Positions 12,461-24,530 of a stretch of 64,000 nucleotides of DNA are shown here, in pieces. The first letter of the stretch is position 1; every line of letters starts with the position of its first letter. The translations under genes were made by a program, and so were the position numbers. Under the pieces are notes generated by a model that was given only the letters and a program-made list of their open reading frames with translations, was not told the origin of the DNA and ran no database searches. The DNA comes from Octopus sinensis (Eukaryota), in the NCBI RefSeq assembly GCF_006345805.1, contig NC_043008.1:57908001-57972000 (forward strand), read 5' to 3'.

Positions 12461-14015
12461 CTCAGTAACGTTCATTGCTGGATAAATTACGTTGAGACGA
12501 CATACGTCAGCTGCTGTTAGAATGTACTATACATACAGCTTTCTGCAAATGTGACATATTGCAATCTTCAACTAACAAATTGTAGTTACTTCTTTTTGCA
12601 TCTTCTACTGCAATTACGACAGCTTCTGCTGTTTCCCCAACTTTGTCGTGTATAATACTTCTCTGCTCGATTTATCCCTCTCTTCTCATGTCTCAGACCA
12701 CGCTCTAAATATTTATTGTAACCTTTGTCTCTCCTGACCTACAACCCTCGCTGTCCACGTCTTTTACTTTATATTTTTTTCTTTTTTCTTCTAAAGATTT
12801 TGATCTACAAAATTTCAATTCGAACATATACATCATATAGACAAGTCACGCCATAGCTAATGGCTTACCTCTTCCCAACCTAATTGATAAACAAAACGAA
12901 CAACTCCATTTTCAGTTCATTTCAGTGATAGTAGAAGTGAACTCTGATCAATTCGGAATATATTAATTTTTTCAATGAAATATGAATGAATATTTCAGTG
13001 TAAAGATAAATTTAGAGTGCCCTCTCTCTCTCTGTCTGTCGCATTACCCTTTTCCGTTATCGCTTTCTCCTATATCGTTCTTTCTATGCGGAGGCTCGAC
13101 ATGAGAGTAAGAGTAGCCAAAATATCCCTAAAATCGAACTACACTGTCTTAGTGATAAAAAAAAATGGTCAGAACTGGATCATCATTAGTCATAAGTCAG
13201 CTCAATCAGATATGGCACTTGGTCTAATCACCAAAAGGAACTTTCAATATCTCAAACCTTTTAGGCAATACGCTATATCTTACTTCTCTTTATCTTTTAC
13301 CCCACCTTCATGTCCCTACACATACATACACAAACAAATACATACACACAAACATATACGCACACACTGATACTTATTCTCATGTACCTACGCTGTCACT
13401 CATTGTCCCGCCTTTTTTTCTATCTTTCCCGTCGCCTCCACCATCATCTAATCTGTCTCTCCTGCTCTGCCACCGACTCCGTTACTCCCTCCTTCAGTCT
13501 ACTTACCCTTTTACTCTCTCGTCGTTACTGATCAGTCATTAATTACCTCAACTCATACAAATACATTATAGTTCGAATATTCTCTATCACATTCATCACA
13601 CTCTTTCACTAAGTGTCTCCTCTCCTTCTTTCCTCCATTATTTTACTTTTTCTCCTTCGTCTTTGCCTTCTTTCTCATCCACCCGCCTTTTCATTTTCCC
13701 CTCGTCTTACCGCCATCTCCATTTACATCTGCATTTATCAATAATTTTATCCTCTTTATTGATCTCAACTTCTATCTTCCTCTTTTACTTCTATAATCTT
13801 TTTCTCCTTTCCTCTCACACATCTGTCTTTCATTTCCTTTTTTCCTTCGTCCCTCATTATCCTCAATTTCTCTCCTTTTGTAGTCCCACTTTCCTCCATC
13901 CTTCATCACCTCTCCAACCACCGGGTCGCACAGAAAGAATAAACTTAAAATTTGCATCTCTTATTTTATTGACAATCGGTGTCTGCAGAGTATTTTTGCA
14001 TTATATATGTGATAT

Positions 14016-14578
14016 ACTTCTTTCTGATGATCTCGCTACTGATGTGCTCTCTCAACGAGATACCAAGCATTGACCTTTCCATGGCTCTTCGAGCCGTTAT
14101 CAGTCTCTGCTCTTCTCTCTTTGTGGTAACCCATGTTTCACTACCATATAACATTGCAGGTAGAACTGCACTGTTAATGAGGTTGGCGCGGGTGGTCCTG
14201 TCCAACCTTCCCTTGAGCACATCCCTTATGCCATTAAACGCCTTCCATCCGGGCCTTACTATCCGTGAGATCATCGGAAAGAAGTCCGGCGTGAGAGATG
14301 TCATCGCAGAGTATACACGCAGCAAGTATGATGGGCTGGACACGTCGCCCGGCTCACCGATAATCGGTGGACCCACGCAGTTGTCGAGTAGTACCCGCGA
14401 GAGCGAAAAAGATCACCCGGAAGACCTCCACGACGGTGGAGTTACGATTTCAGGAGGACGATTGGGATCACGTGGATGAGAAAGTCGCGATCCAGAGGGG
14501 AGTGGACAGCGTGCTGTGACCAGCGGTGTCAAATGGACGCCTGACGGACTGGTCGGTCAAGGTGAAGGTGAAGGTGAT
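14016..14578. mobile_element. RTE-clade LINE 3' fragment with inverted 5' segment
   Basis: Minus strand 14016-14266 encodes ...VLPAMLYGSETWVTTKREEQRLITARRAMERSMLGISLREHISSEIIRKK; plus strand 14267-14544 continues KSGVRDV...WAGHVARLTDNRWTHAVVE*YPRERKRSPGRPPRRW...*, followed by a (GGTGAA)n tail. Confidence 0.9.
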
Positions 14579-15192
14579 ATCTGATATACATGTATTATAT
14601 ATGTAATAAGTAAATGATATGTTATGCATTCTGTTGCGTTTTATTATGCGCATGATCCTCCGGTTTGTAGAAAAATTGTCTTGCATGAAACCAGCCCATG
14701 GTGCAAAAACGATTGGGAGACCGCTGCACTACCTTCTTTTGCTTCCAGCCATACTTTATCGTTGTCTCTCTCTTTCTTACTCTTTCACTTTATCGTTTCT
14801 CAGTCGCCCTCATTGTCTTTCTTTTCCCGATCTCTCTTTTCCTGTTTCTCCATGTTTTCTCTGCAGTTCACATTTCCTCTTATTTCTTATCTTAGCTACC
14901 CGAGCTACCCGTATTTCGACAATACTTCGCTTCCGAAACAGAAAAAATTAATAAAATACATTAAAATCAAACTGCTGAAGTATCAACCAAAATAGCAAAA
15001 CAAAATCAATAACAAAACCAGCATTAAACTTATGTGCACGCGCGTGTATGTGTACGTGGTGTGTGTGTGTGTGTTTGTGTGTGCGCGTCTGTGAGTACGC
15101 GTGTGCGTGTCTTCATATATAGATCCTATATGGATATATATATATGATTTTTCCCCCCTGTCTTCCCTTTTCTGGATCTTTCCTTCTCCTAT

Positions 15193-15227
15193 GTTTCCGA
15201 CGAAGAGTTCCGCTCGAAACGTTAAAC
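15193..15227 (+). ncRNA. Minimal hammerhead-like motif with CCGA core variant (Penelope-like element remnant)
   Basis: GUUU-CCGACGA-A-GAG(UUCCG)CUC-GAA-ACGU-U-AAAC: stem I GUUU/AAAC, stem II GAG/CUC, palindromic ACGU stem III; U4 is C. Confidence 0.55.
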
Positions 15228-15321
15228 CCCCCTTCTTCCCTTCCTTCCTGCGCGTCCAATAATACTATACTTGTTCCACGTCCTCGCGTTGTTGTGTTTT
15301 TTTGTGCTTTCATGTTTGGAT

Positions 15322-15360
<39 letters not shown>

Positions 15361-15632
15361 ACACGCACACTGATACACACAGACGCACACATATGCAGCA
15401 CACACATGCAGATGCGCGCGCACACATACATACACACACACACACACACATTTTTCAGAAAGTTACAAAAGTGATTCAAGGTCGAAAAGTGTTATGTACT
15501 ACACTTTCGTCCATTGAATCACTTTTGTAATATTAAAAATAATAAAAGAGTATATATTCTCTTTTAAAAAAAAAAATTTATTTGAGTACTTGAGTTATAT
15601 TTCTCCTGCTTGTTCTAACAAATCTGTATGTA

Positions 15633-15702
<70 letters not shown>

Positions 15703-15706
<4 letters not shown>

Positions 15707-16399
15707 GTGGATCTTGTACGCATGAAGTGGATTCGATCCACCATAGCCAAATATAAATTAACACTGCAACAGAATTGTTTCCACAATGGAACAATGGTTT
15801 TTCTCTGACAGCAGTTTTACATCTTCCAGATGCCTTTAGCTGGGCCGAAATAATGGCTTCATCACTTGACCCTTTCTAACCTCTTCTACTTCACCAGAAG
15901 CTAAAATAGAGATAACAAGACCACCAACTAAATCTCTTGTTCTCAATGATATATCTATCCTTCTGGATCTTTATATAAGCGAGCACACCCCAAGCAAAAA
16001 TCAGTTCGTCACAGTCGTGACGACTCAACGGAGTTCGTCACAGTCGTGTCGACTCAACGGAGTTAGTCACAGTCGGTGACGACTCAACGAGGTTTGGCTG
16101 ACAAACCTTGGTCAGAGGGAGAAAACAACTGTGAGACAAGACCCTACAATTCTCTCTAACTCAAATTCTGTTCTCTTACAACATCATTCTATCTATCTCT
16201 GCAATTACTACTAAACAATGAAGAGAACCCAAACTCAAACTTTACTTCGCATGCCTTTGGATGTATCAAAACCTGCTCGTCGAGGCAAGGTATTTGTAAC
16301 GTAACGGTAAATAAATATTTCCTTAAAACTTCATGCATTGTTCATCTTTCACACCCTACAGTATCCAATAATAACAACAAAAATTTTATCGTTGCAACA
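15703..16399 (+). mobile_element. Possible solo LTR
   Basis: TGT...ACA ends, TATA-like TTTATATAAG at about 15970, three 29-30 bp tandem repeats 16003-16090, AATAAA at about 16310; no TSD found. Confidence 0.3.
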
Positions 16400-17160
16400 G
16401 TTGACTATCAACATTTAATAATACTGTTTACCAATAAATCTCCAACCGTTATATATATATATAAGAGGTTTATTTGCACACAGTTAGGAATAAAAGGGAA
16501 TAGATTTTGGGGTTGAAAATGTGCCAAGGTCTTAAAATGAGCTGTCGTGCTTTAAAAAAAAATCATTGAAATATCATACGGGTTTCAATGACAAATACAA
16601 AAATACAGAAAATGATGAAAATTTAAAAGTAAGCGAATGCGCAGGAAGCAGTTTCATAGGGATAAAACATGCTCAAAATCAACAGTTCAATAGGTTTCAT
16701 AGCAAAATTGCATGGTTCAAGTGTTTAATAAGTCTCACAGCTATAAGAAATATGAAAGTTTGATTGTTCGATAAATTTCATAGCAAATATTGCGTGCGAG
16801 AAATTTTAAATTTGCGTAGGTTTCAAAGCAATAAATTATGTCAGCAATTAGATATCTTTTACCTTTTATTTCCTTAAGTCATTACACTGCGGCTATGTTT
16901 TCGTCTTCCAAATCACCCCGCCTTAAAGGCTTTAGTCGGCTCGGGGCTATAATGGGAGGTACTTGCCCAGGGTACCACGCAGTAGGACGGAACGTGGAAC
17001 CATGTGATTGGGAAGCAAGCTTTTTACCACACAGCCTATTCACGGAACCACGAATAATAATAAGAAAAAATTTCGCAAGCTCAGTCTTGTTGTATGAAGG
17101 AGAATTGTTTGTTGTTAATTTTTCTCATGGAACTTGAACTATATTTCAAATCGATATTGC

Positions 17161-17575
17161 TTTACTCTTTACTCTCTTTTTTACTCTTTTACTTGTTTCA
17201 GTCATTTGACTGCAGCCATGCTGGAGCACCGCCTTTAATCGAGCAACTCAACCCCAGGACTTATTCTTTGTAAGCCTGGTACTTATTCTATCGGTCTCTT
17301 TTGCCGAACCGCTAAGTTACGGGGACGTAAACACACCAGCATCAGTTGTCAAGCGATGTTGGGGGGACAAACACTGACACACAAACACACACACACACAC
17401 ATACATATATACGACAGGCTTCTTTCAGTTTCCGTCTATCAAATCCACTCACAAGGCTTTGGTCGGCCCGAGGCTATAGTAGAAGACACTTGCCCAAGGT
17501 GCCACGAAGTGGGACTGAACCCGAAACCATGTGGTTGGTAAGCAAGCTACTTTCGACACAGCAACTCCTGCGCCT
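17161..17575 (-). mobile_element. SINE family A, full length
   Basis: Minus strand: tRNA-like head with A/B boxes, GGCACCTTGGGCAAGTG (MIR/CORE-like), internal (TG/TA)n, (AAAGAGT)-type tail. Confidence 0.9.
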
Positions 17576-18360
17576 ATATAAGTTTTAAGACATGGGTTCA
17601 AGTCCTGATTGGATACCTTCTCAAAGACGTCACATGTTTTTGTTTGCCAATGGTCTAACGTTCTGGTTGACTGACTGCCTGAGTATATCGTTTGTTTATC
17701 ATACGCTCTGGTTACTTATTGTTTGTTATACGCTCTGATTACTTACTAGCGTTCTAGCTGACTGATTGTCTATGTGCATTTATTTATCATACGCCCTGAT
17801 TACTTATTAGCGTTCTGGTTGGTCTACAGCTTGTTTATAAACTGTTTTGGCCGCTTGTTTTTGTCCAGTCAATACTGTCCTAAGGCATGAGCACACTAAG
17901 CAGTTTCCCGTGGGCCTCGAGGGTTTAGGGGACCCAGCTTAGATCTTTGTATTTTTTGCGTTGCTTTGAATGAATGAACAGAGCTCAGTGCATTGATTTG
18001 CCGGATGACTATAATTCTGTCAAGATAGCTCTGGTTGGCTGATTTCCTGGTTACATCTTTTTGTCTGACAGTAGCCCAGCGTTCCGGTTGGTTCACTCAC
18101 GTAAGCCGTCACTTGTTTTTCTGGTGTCACGGTCGGCTGAATGTTTAACAGCATCACTCGTTTTTTTTTTTCTCTCAGAGTCCGATTTTAACCACAAAAC
18201 ATAATCTGGTTGGTGAATCTTAGGGTGACATCAGCAAATAGTGTCGAATAAGAGTAATTACACAGTGCTTTGAAGTTAGGGGTTCGAATCCCAGAGGAAG
18301 CCCTTAACCTCAACTTTTAATTTAATGCTGTTATTTTTGTTGTTATTAGTTGTGTAGCTA

Positions 18361-18530
18361 AAGGCGGTGAGCTTAGCGGCATTCCGCCCGTTTGTATGTT
18401 CTGAGTTCAAATTCCACCGAGGTCGACTTTATCTTTCATTTTTCAGTGTCAAGCACTGGAGTCGATGTAGCCGACTTATCCCCTTCCCCCAAAATTCCAG
18501 GCTTTAAGCCTATTAATGGAAGGGATTAGT
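18361..18530 (+). mobile_element. tRNA-derived SINE family B, degenerate
   Basis: GAGTTCAAATTCCACCGAGGTCGACTT... body shared with 23545-23982 and 48126-48360. Confidence 0.7.
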
Positions 18531-19568
18531 TGTTTAGCCGAGTCGAATATACTGTATTTTCTCATTCTATTGCGTTGTATTTAGTTTTAGCATATATTCT
18601 TAATAAACATAATTTTCTTATTTAATCGGAGTTGTTCTCGATACATTTATAAAAGGAAAATTTGGTATTTGAAATCTTAGTTGGGGAAAGATCTAGATGT
18701 TTATTCATGGGTATTAATCTTGTTCTTGGTCTTGTATATCTTGTCGGTCTATCTTCATTTTGTGACTCAGATTTTACCTTGTATATGTTGTCGATCTATC
18801 TTCATTCTGTGACTCAGACTTTACCCTGTGTGTCCAATATAGTGTTCATCACACCCGCTGCATTTGATAACAAATTTCTTGTTGCACAAGCGACCTGATT
18901 TTTTTATATTCATATGTTGGGCAAAATGTACTAAAGGCAAAATGATAAAAATGAAAGTAACTTTCTAAATTTAAGGATCACCAAATTAGTATGTCAACTC
19001 TAATTCAATTTTTGAATTTTGAAAATTATCCCAATTTCAGAAATATTGCTGAAAAAAATTAAAAATAGGAAACACACTAATACATATTTCTTACTCTTTT
19101 ACTAGTTTCACTGATTGGACTGCGGCCACGCTGGTGCACTGTTTTGTAGGGTTAGTCAAACAAATCAACCACGGTGCTATTTAAAGTCTGGCGGTACATA
19201 CTTTATTGACTCCTTTTACCGGACTGCTAAGTTGCGTGAGGTTGATGCAAGTTCCGCAATTAAGACGGTTACACTTTTGAACTATTAGGGTTGTTTTTTG
19301 TCAGTAATTTGGCGTTGGTGGCATTTGTTTTCTGAAGACTTACATTGACTTTTATTTTTAATTATTTTCTGCGCTTTGCGTGCCTTTTTCATTCGTGGAT
19401 CGCTCGTCAAAAAAGGGATATTCTTATGAATGATGTTATATACTTCTGTGTTTCTTGGATTCTGTTGATCAATAACCTCTCTCTCTTTCTCTCACTCTCT
19501 CTTTCTCTCTCCTCCTCTCTCTCTCTCCATATATATTCAATTTTATTCTAGTTTGTTATATGTGGTTT

Positions 19569-19622
19569 GTGCCTGAAGAATATGTTTCAGTATTTCTCAA
19601 CATATGAAACTATTAGTAGCAC
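19569..19622 (+). ncRNA. Type I hammerhead ribozyme with intact core
   Basis: GUGC-CUGAAGA-AUAUGUU(12-nt loop)AACAUAU-GAA-ACU(AUU)AGU-A-GCAC: stem I 4 bp, stem II 7 bp, stem III 3 bp, GUA cleavage triplet 19616-19618. Confidence 0.8.
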
Positions 19623-19913
19623 TTAAAGACATGTATTGATTCCTTTAAATAAACAATACTTATCTCTTACTAGATGGAGTACTTTTTTTGCTGAATTTTC
19701 TATCACGGAACAGTACATTACACACACACACACACACATACACACACAACAGAGAGGTATTCCAAATTTGTAAGGCGGAGGAGGATCCGTGTGAGCGTGC
19801 AGTAAGTAGTCAATTCAAATAAACAATTAATTCAAATAAACGAGTAAAATTAACGGACGACAAGAGGACGTAGACAAGAAACGTTTTAGCTTGACGGTCG
19901 GTGAAAAGTAAGA

Positions 19914-19950
19914 GTTTGACGCTTCGAGCATAGCAGCTCTTCGTCGGAAA
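19914..19950 (-). ncRNA. Minimal hammerhead-like motif with CCGA core variant (second copy)
   Basis: Minus strand UUU-CCGACGA-A-GAGC(UGCUAU)GCUC-GAA-GCGU-C-AAA; the flank resembles that of the 15193 copy. Confidence 0.5.
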
Positions 19951-20012
19951 GGAGAAAGAGAAAAGTCCAAGGAAGGAAAAGACATCGCTAAGAACACGTG
20001 TGAAGCTGTATT

Positions 20013-20099
<87 letters not shown>

Positions 20100-21057
20100 A
20101 ACGAAAAAGTGCATTTCAAGCACGAATTTTAAAGCGCTTTAAACCAACACCTAAAGATCAATGCGAAATTCTTTCATGTGTCATCGGGAAAAAGGAGATA
20201 AACTAACATCGGTGGTGCCCCAGCATGGCCGCAGCCTTCGGGCTAAAACATTTTTAAGGATTTAACAAAAAATACCAATGGAAAAGAAAGTAATGCATAC
20301 CACAAACTATTGCCCAACAACAAACCCATATTATAAATTTATATTCGTAATATATCAAAGAAATCAAAGACATAACCGCTTGCTTTTAATCAAACACTAG
20401 AATACAGTTGAATATTTAGCTTTACGGAGCCTCTAAATTACCTTCAAAGAACACAAATGCAATTTTATTAGCCATCTAAATGCAGGTTAATTAACTCCGC
20501 TAAAAGCGTATTAGGTACAGTTTGCATACACATCCTAAATTCTATCATACTTAGAACAAAACAAAACAAAACAGAAACCATTTCTCTCCTATTAGGGAAT
20601 AATAGAGCTTCAACAATAAAATAATTGGTTTAACTGCATCAAAGATTAACAACGTTGCATAATTCTACCTTATCTTTATAAATAATTAACCTTCGCTTGT
20701 AATTTAATACCAATTAGTTAAATGATATCTGGTGAAAAAAAAAGGATAGAGGAAAATTGTTTGATGAATTCATGGGCTCGTACATTCGAGATAAATTGGG
20801 TGAAATTATTAAAGAAATTGTGTTTTGAACCTGTTTTGAAACAAAGTTTCTTTACCTTGCAAGAAAGGACGGTCTCACATAATACGAACAGTCACAATAA
20901 TAATCGAGTTACAAAACACGGACAAACCACATGGTTTCGGGTTCATTCCCACTGTGTGGCACCTTGGGAAAGTGTCTTCTACTAAAGCCTCGGGTCGACC
21001 AAAGCTTTGTGAGTGGATTTGGTAGACGGAAACTGAAAGAAGCCCGTCGTATATATG

Positions 21058-21088
<31 letters not shown>

Positions 21089-21107
21089 ATTATATATATA
21101 TATATTA

Positions 21108-21138
<31 letters not shown>

Positions 21139-21660
21139 CTAGCAGTATCGCCCGGCGTTGCTCGGGTTTTAAGGGAAATAACTATATAAGCATTTTTAGA
21201 GAGTTACTTCCTTTATAGATGCCAATTCGGGCTTTCTTAGCCATTTCTGTTTTGGTGTCTTCAAGCCATGAAGTCGTTGTTCTAAAAGAACGCTGGTCAC
21301 CTTGACAACGCTTTACGACGTTGATTTCCTTAAACTCCCTTCCCACAGCTTCATGAGGGAGGGAAGAAGGGGGAGAAGCAAACACAGGTGCAGGTGTTTG
21401 AGCGTGGACGCCAACTCCGCTGCCACCGACACACGAAAAATTATGCATTAAAATGGAATAAAAAATGATGTTTAATTAAATATTTTAAAATCGTAGACTC
21501 ATCGTAGACGCGCGCTAATAGCCAGACGGGCTCGATATTAATCACGACTATAAGATACCCGAATTTGGTTAAACTGAAACGACCGCAAAATGTGGGAGGA
21601 GTTAGGAATCTAAATCGTAGGAGACAGACACTCACACAACTACAGTTTTATATATATAGA
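21139..21660 (-). mobile_element. Non-autonomous Helitron with the same 3' end as 2947-3322 but a different body
   Basis: Minus strand A|TCTATATATA ... CCCGAGCAACGCCGGGCGATACTGCTAG|T, inserted in a (TA)n tract. Confidence 0.8.
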
Positions 21661-21674
21661 TATACATAGCGCAG

Positions 21675-21990
21675 TAGTGGTGAGATGTGACAGCAAAGAA
21701 AAGCATACATTCACTCTTTGCATGCAATTAGACTCGGAAAGTTCGTGAGGAACCCATTGACCCAATTTGGCTGACTTTTCCGATAGCACACAGGTCTCAA
21801 TGAGGGTTGAATGACCAAATCCAAGCTTCTCTGCTAGTTCCTCAACAGTTACGATGAGATTTTGTTCCACCAGGGTTTTCAGGATGTCCTTGTCGAGTTC
21901 TACAGATCTTTCAGGATGAGGCTCGTCTTCTAGGCTGTAGTTTATGGTTCGGGATTTCTGGAACCACCATTGACACTGCCTTACGCTTAT
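21675..21990 (-). mobile_element. Mariner transposase N-terminal fragment
   Basis: QCQWWFQK...SLEDEPHPERSVELDKDILKTLVEQN...VEELAEKLG...KLGQWVPHELSE contains the mariner WVPHEL motif. Confidence 0.9.
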
Positions 21991-23544
21991 TGTCAATCCC
22001 CATAAGCATTAATATTTCTTGTAACTTTGCACACATTTATATTCTGTTATTCTTTATATGTTTCAGCCTTGAGGTTGTGGCCATGCTGGATCATGTGTGT
22101 GTGTGTGTGTGGTGTGTGTGTGTGTGGTGTCTATCTGTCTGTCTGTCTGTATGTATATATGTATATGTATGTGTGTGAACAATAATATTTCAACAGATGT
22201 GTTGCAAATGTATCTGATTGTTCTCAAGCTTCAATACTGTGTGTGGTGTATGTGTGTTGTGTGTGTATGTATGTCTGTATATGTATGTATGTATGTATAT
22301 GTATGTATGAATCTATGTGTGTATGTATGTGTGTGTGTATGTATGTGTGTGTAGTGTGTGGTGTGTGTATGTATGTATGTATGTATGTATGTATGTATGT
22401 ATGTATTTTGAGTGTATGTTACTTATTACTAACACAAGCCACTACGGTATTTAATGTAAAGTCTTCCTCAAATCACCTCTCTCTCGCTATTTACTCTCTT
22501 CCAAGAACATTTTCATCACTCTTAGCTCTTAGCTTCCATACATTTTACTCATGTATCTATCAGCGTCATAGACAGAATACTTTCAGTTTAGTCTTCCTCA
22601 AATCACTCTGTCGCTATTTACTTTCATTTTATTCGTTGCCCACTGTGTGTGTGCGTTTGCGTGTGGTGTAAACCAGACTAAGAAAAGCATTGACACACAC
22701 ACCAGAATGTGAGTTTTCTGTAAATTTTGCTTAATTGGAGTTTAAATTTTAAAAACTGGACATGGCATGACGCGATGCATTGTACTCTTAAAAATGCTAG
22801 GTAAATTGTAATTGAAGAAATCCTATATTGTAGATTTGTATAACTCCCAAAGGGAGGCAGATAAAATCTGCCTTTTATAATAAGATATATTATATATATA
22901 TATGCGTGTGTATATGTTTGTGTGTCTGTGTTTGTTCCCCCAACATCGCTTGACAACCAATGCTGGTGTGTTTACGCCCCCGTAACTTAGCGGTTCGGCA
23001 AAAGTGACCGATAGAATAAGTACTAGGCTTCCAAAGAATAAGTCCTGGGATCGATTTGCTCGACTAAAGGTGGTGCTCCAACATGGCCGCGCTCAAATGA
23101 CTGAAACAAGTAAAAGAGTAAAAGAGGATAAATAAATCAAAATTCAAACTATCTTCTTATGATCTTTAGAAACTTATTCAGTAAACGTATATACACGCGC
23201 AGGCATGGCTGTGTAGTTAAGAAGTTTACTTCGAAACTGCACGGTTTTAGGTTCAGTCCCATTGCGTGACACCTTCGGCTGGTGTCTCCTACTGCAGATC
23301 TAGGACGACCAATGCCATTTTAGTGAATCAGCGATCACTTCGACATCTGATATGTGACACACCGCGAATCTGTACAGGTAATGTAGGTTTGATGGTGGGA
23401 GTGATGAGCTCTTGTACAACACAAACATTTGATCGCTGTAAACTAGTCATAGCAGAAACCGCGTCTATACTCTAAGACAGGAAACTCCACAATTATGTGT
23501 GTGTGTGTGTGTACATATATAAATAGTCTATACATGTATATATT

Positions 23545-23982
23545 TTATTGTCCACAAGGGGCTAAACACAGAGAGGACAAACAAGACAGACAAACGGATT
23601 AAGTCGATAAGATCGACCAGTGCGTAACTGGTACTTAATTTATCGACCCCGAAAGGTTGAAAGGCAAAGTCGACCTCAGCGGAATTTGAACCCAGAACGT
23701 AGTGGCAGACGAAATACGGCTACGCATCTCGCCCGGCGTGCTAACGTTTCTTATTTCTTTATTGCCCACAAGGGGCTAAACATAGAGGGGACAAACAAGG
23801 ACAGACAAAGGGATTAAGTCGATTAGATCGACCCAGTGCGTAACTGGTACTTAATTTATCGACCCCGAAAGGATGAAAGGCAAAGTCGACCTCGGCGGAA
23901 TTTGAACCCAGAACGTAATGGCAGACGAAATACGGCCACACTTTTTGCCCGGCGTGCTAACGTTTCTGCCAGCTCGCCGCCT
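23545..23982 (-). mobile_element. SINE family B, tandem double-body copy
   Basis: Head GGCGGCGAGCTGGCAGAAACG, B-box GGTTCAAATTCC, GTCGACTTTGCCTTTCATCC...AAGTACCAG domain and tail; the body occurs twice. Confidence 0.9.
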
Positions 23983-24082
23983 TATGTACATATATAAATA
24001 GTCTATACGTGTATATGTACACACACACATTTATATACATATATTTTATCTTTATGTGTACATTCATATAAATAAAAATAGA

Positions 24083-24332
24083 AATGCGCCCCTTTTAAAG
24101 CCTAGCCAGGCTCATGGACCCGGTTTCCCGGTTTCAATGGTGTATGTGTTCCCCAGCTGGACGGGACGCCAGTCCATAGCAGCGTTACTCATTTTTGCCA
24201 GCTGAGTGAACTGGAGCAACGTGAAATGAAGTGTTTCGGCCCAAGAACACAACGCGTCGCCCGGCCCAGGAATCGAAACCACAACCTTACGATCATGATG
24301 CTGACACCCTAACCACTAAGCCACGCGCCTCC
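24083..24332 (-). mobile_element. tRNA-derived SINE family D
   Basis: Minus strand GGCGCGTGGCTTAGTGG (A box) ... GGTTTCGATTCC (B box) ... ATGGACTGGCGTCCCGTCCAG; related to sequence at 44930-45410. Confidence 0.8.
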
Positions 24333-24355
24333 ACGTACATTCATATAGTCTTTCT

Positions 24356-24530
<175 letters not shown>

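Larger units (their letters stand above)
20915..23125 (+). mobile_element. SINE family A 5' half (20915-21050) and 3' half (22895-23125) separated by nested insertions
   Basis: The 5' half ends GCCCGTCGT(AT)n and the 3' half resumes (AT)n-GCGTGTG...CATCGCTTGACAACC. That they belong to one original copy is an inference. Confidence 0.55.

Noticed and set aside
12500-12670. 55-codon minus-strand open stretch (IEQRSIIHDKVGETAEAVV...)
   Set aside because: Bounded by stops, no ATG or good acceptor, no recognisable domain.
16003-16090. 29-bp palindromic repeats as a CRISPR array
   Set aside because: Direct tandem units without spacers; only three copies.
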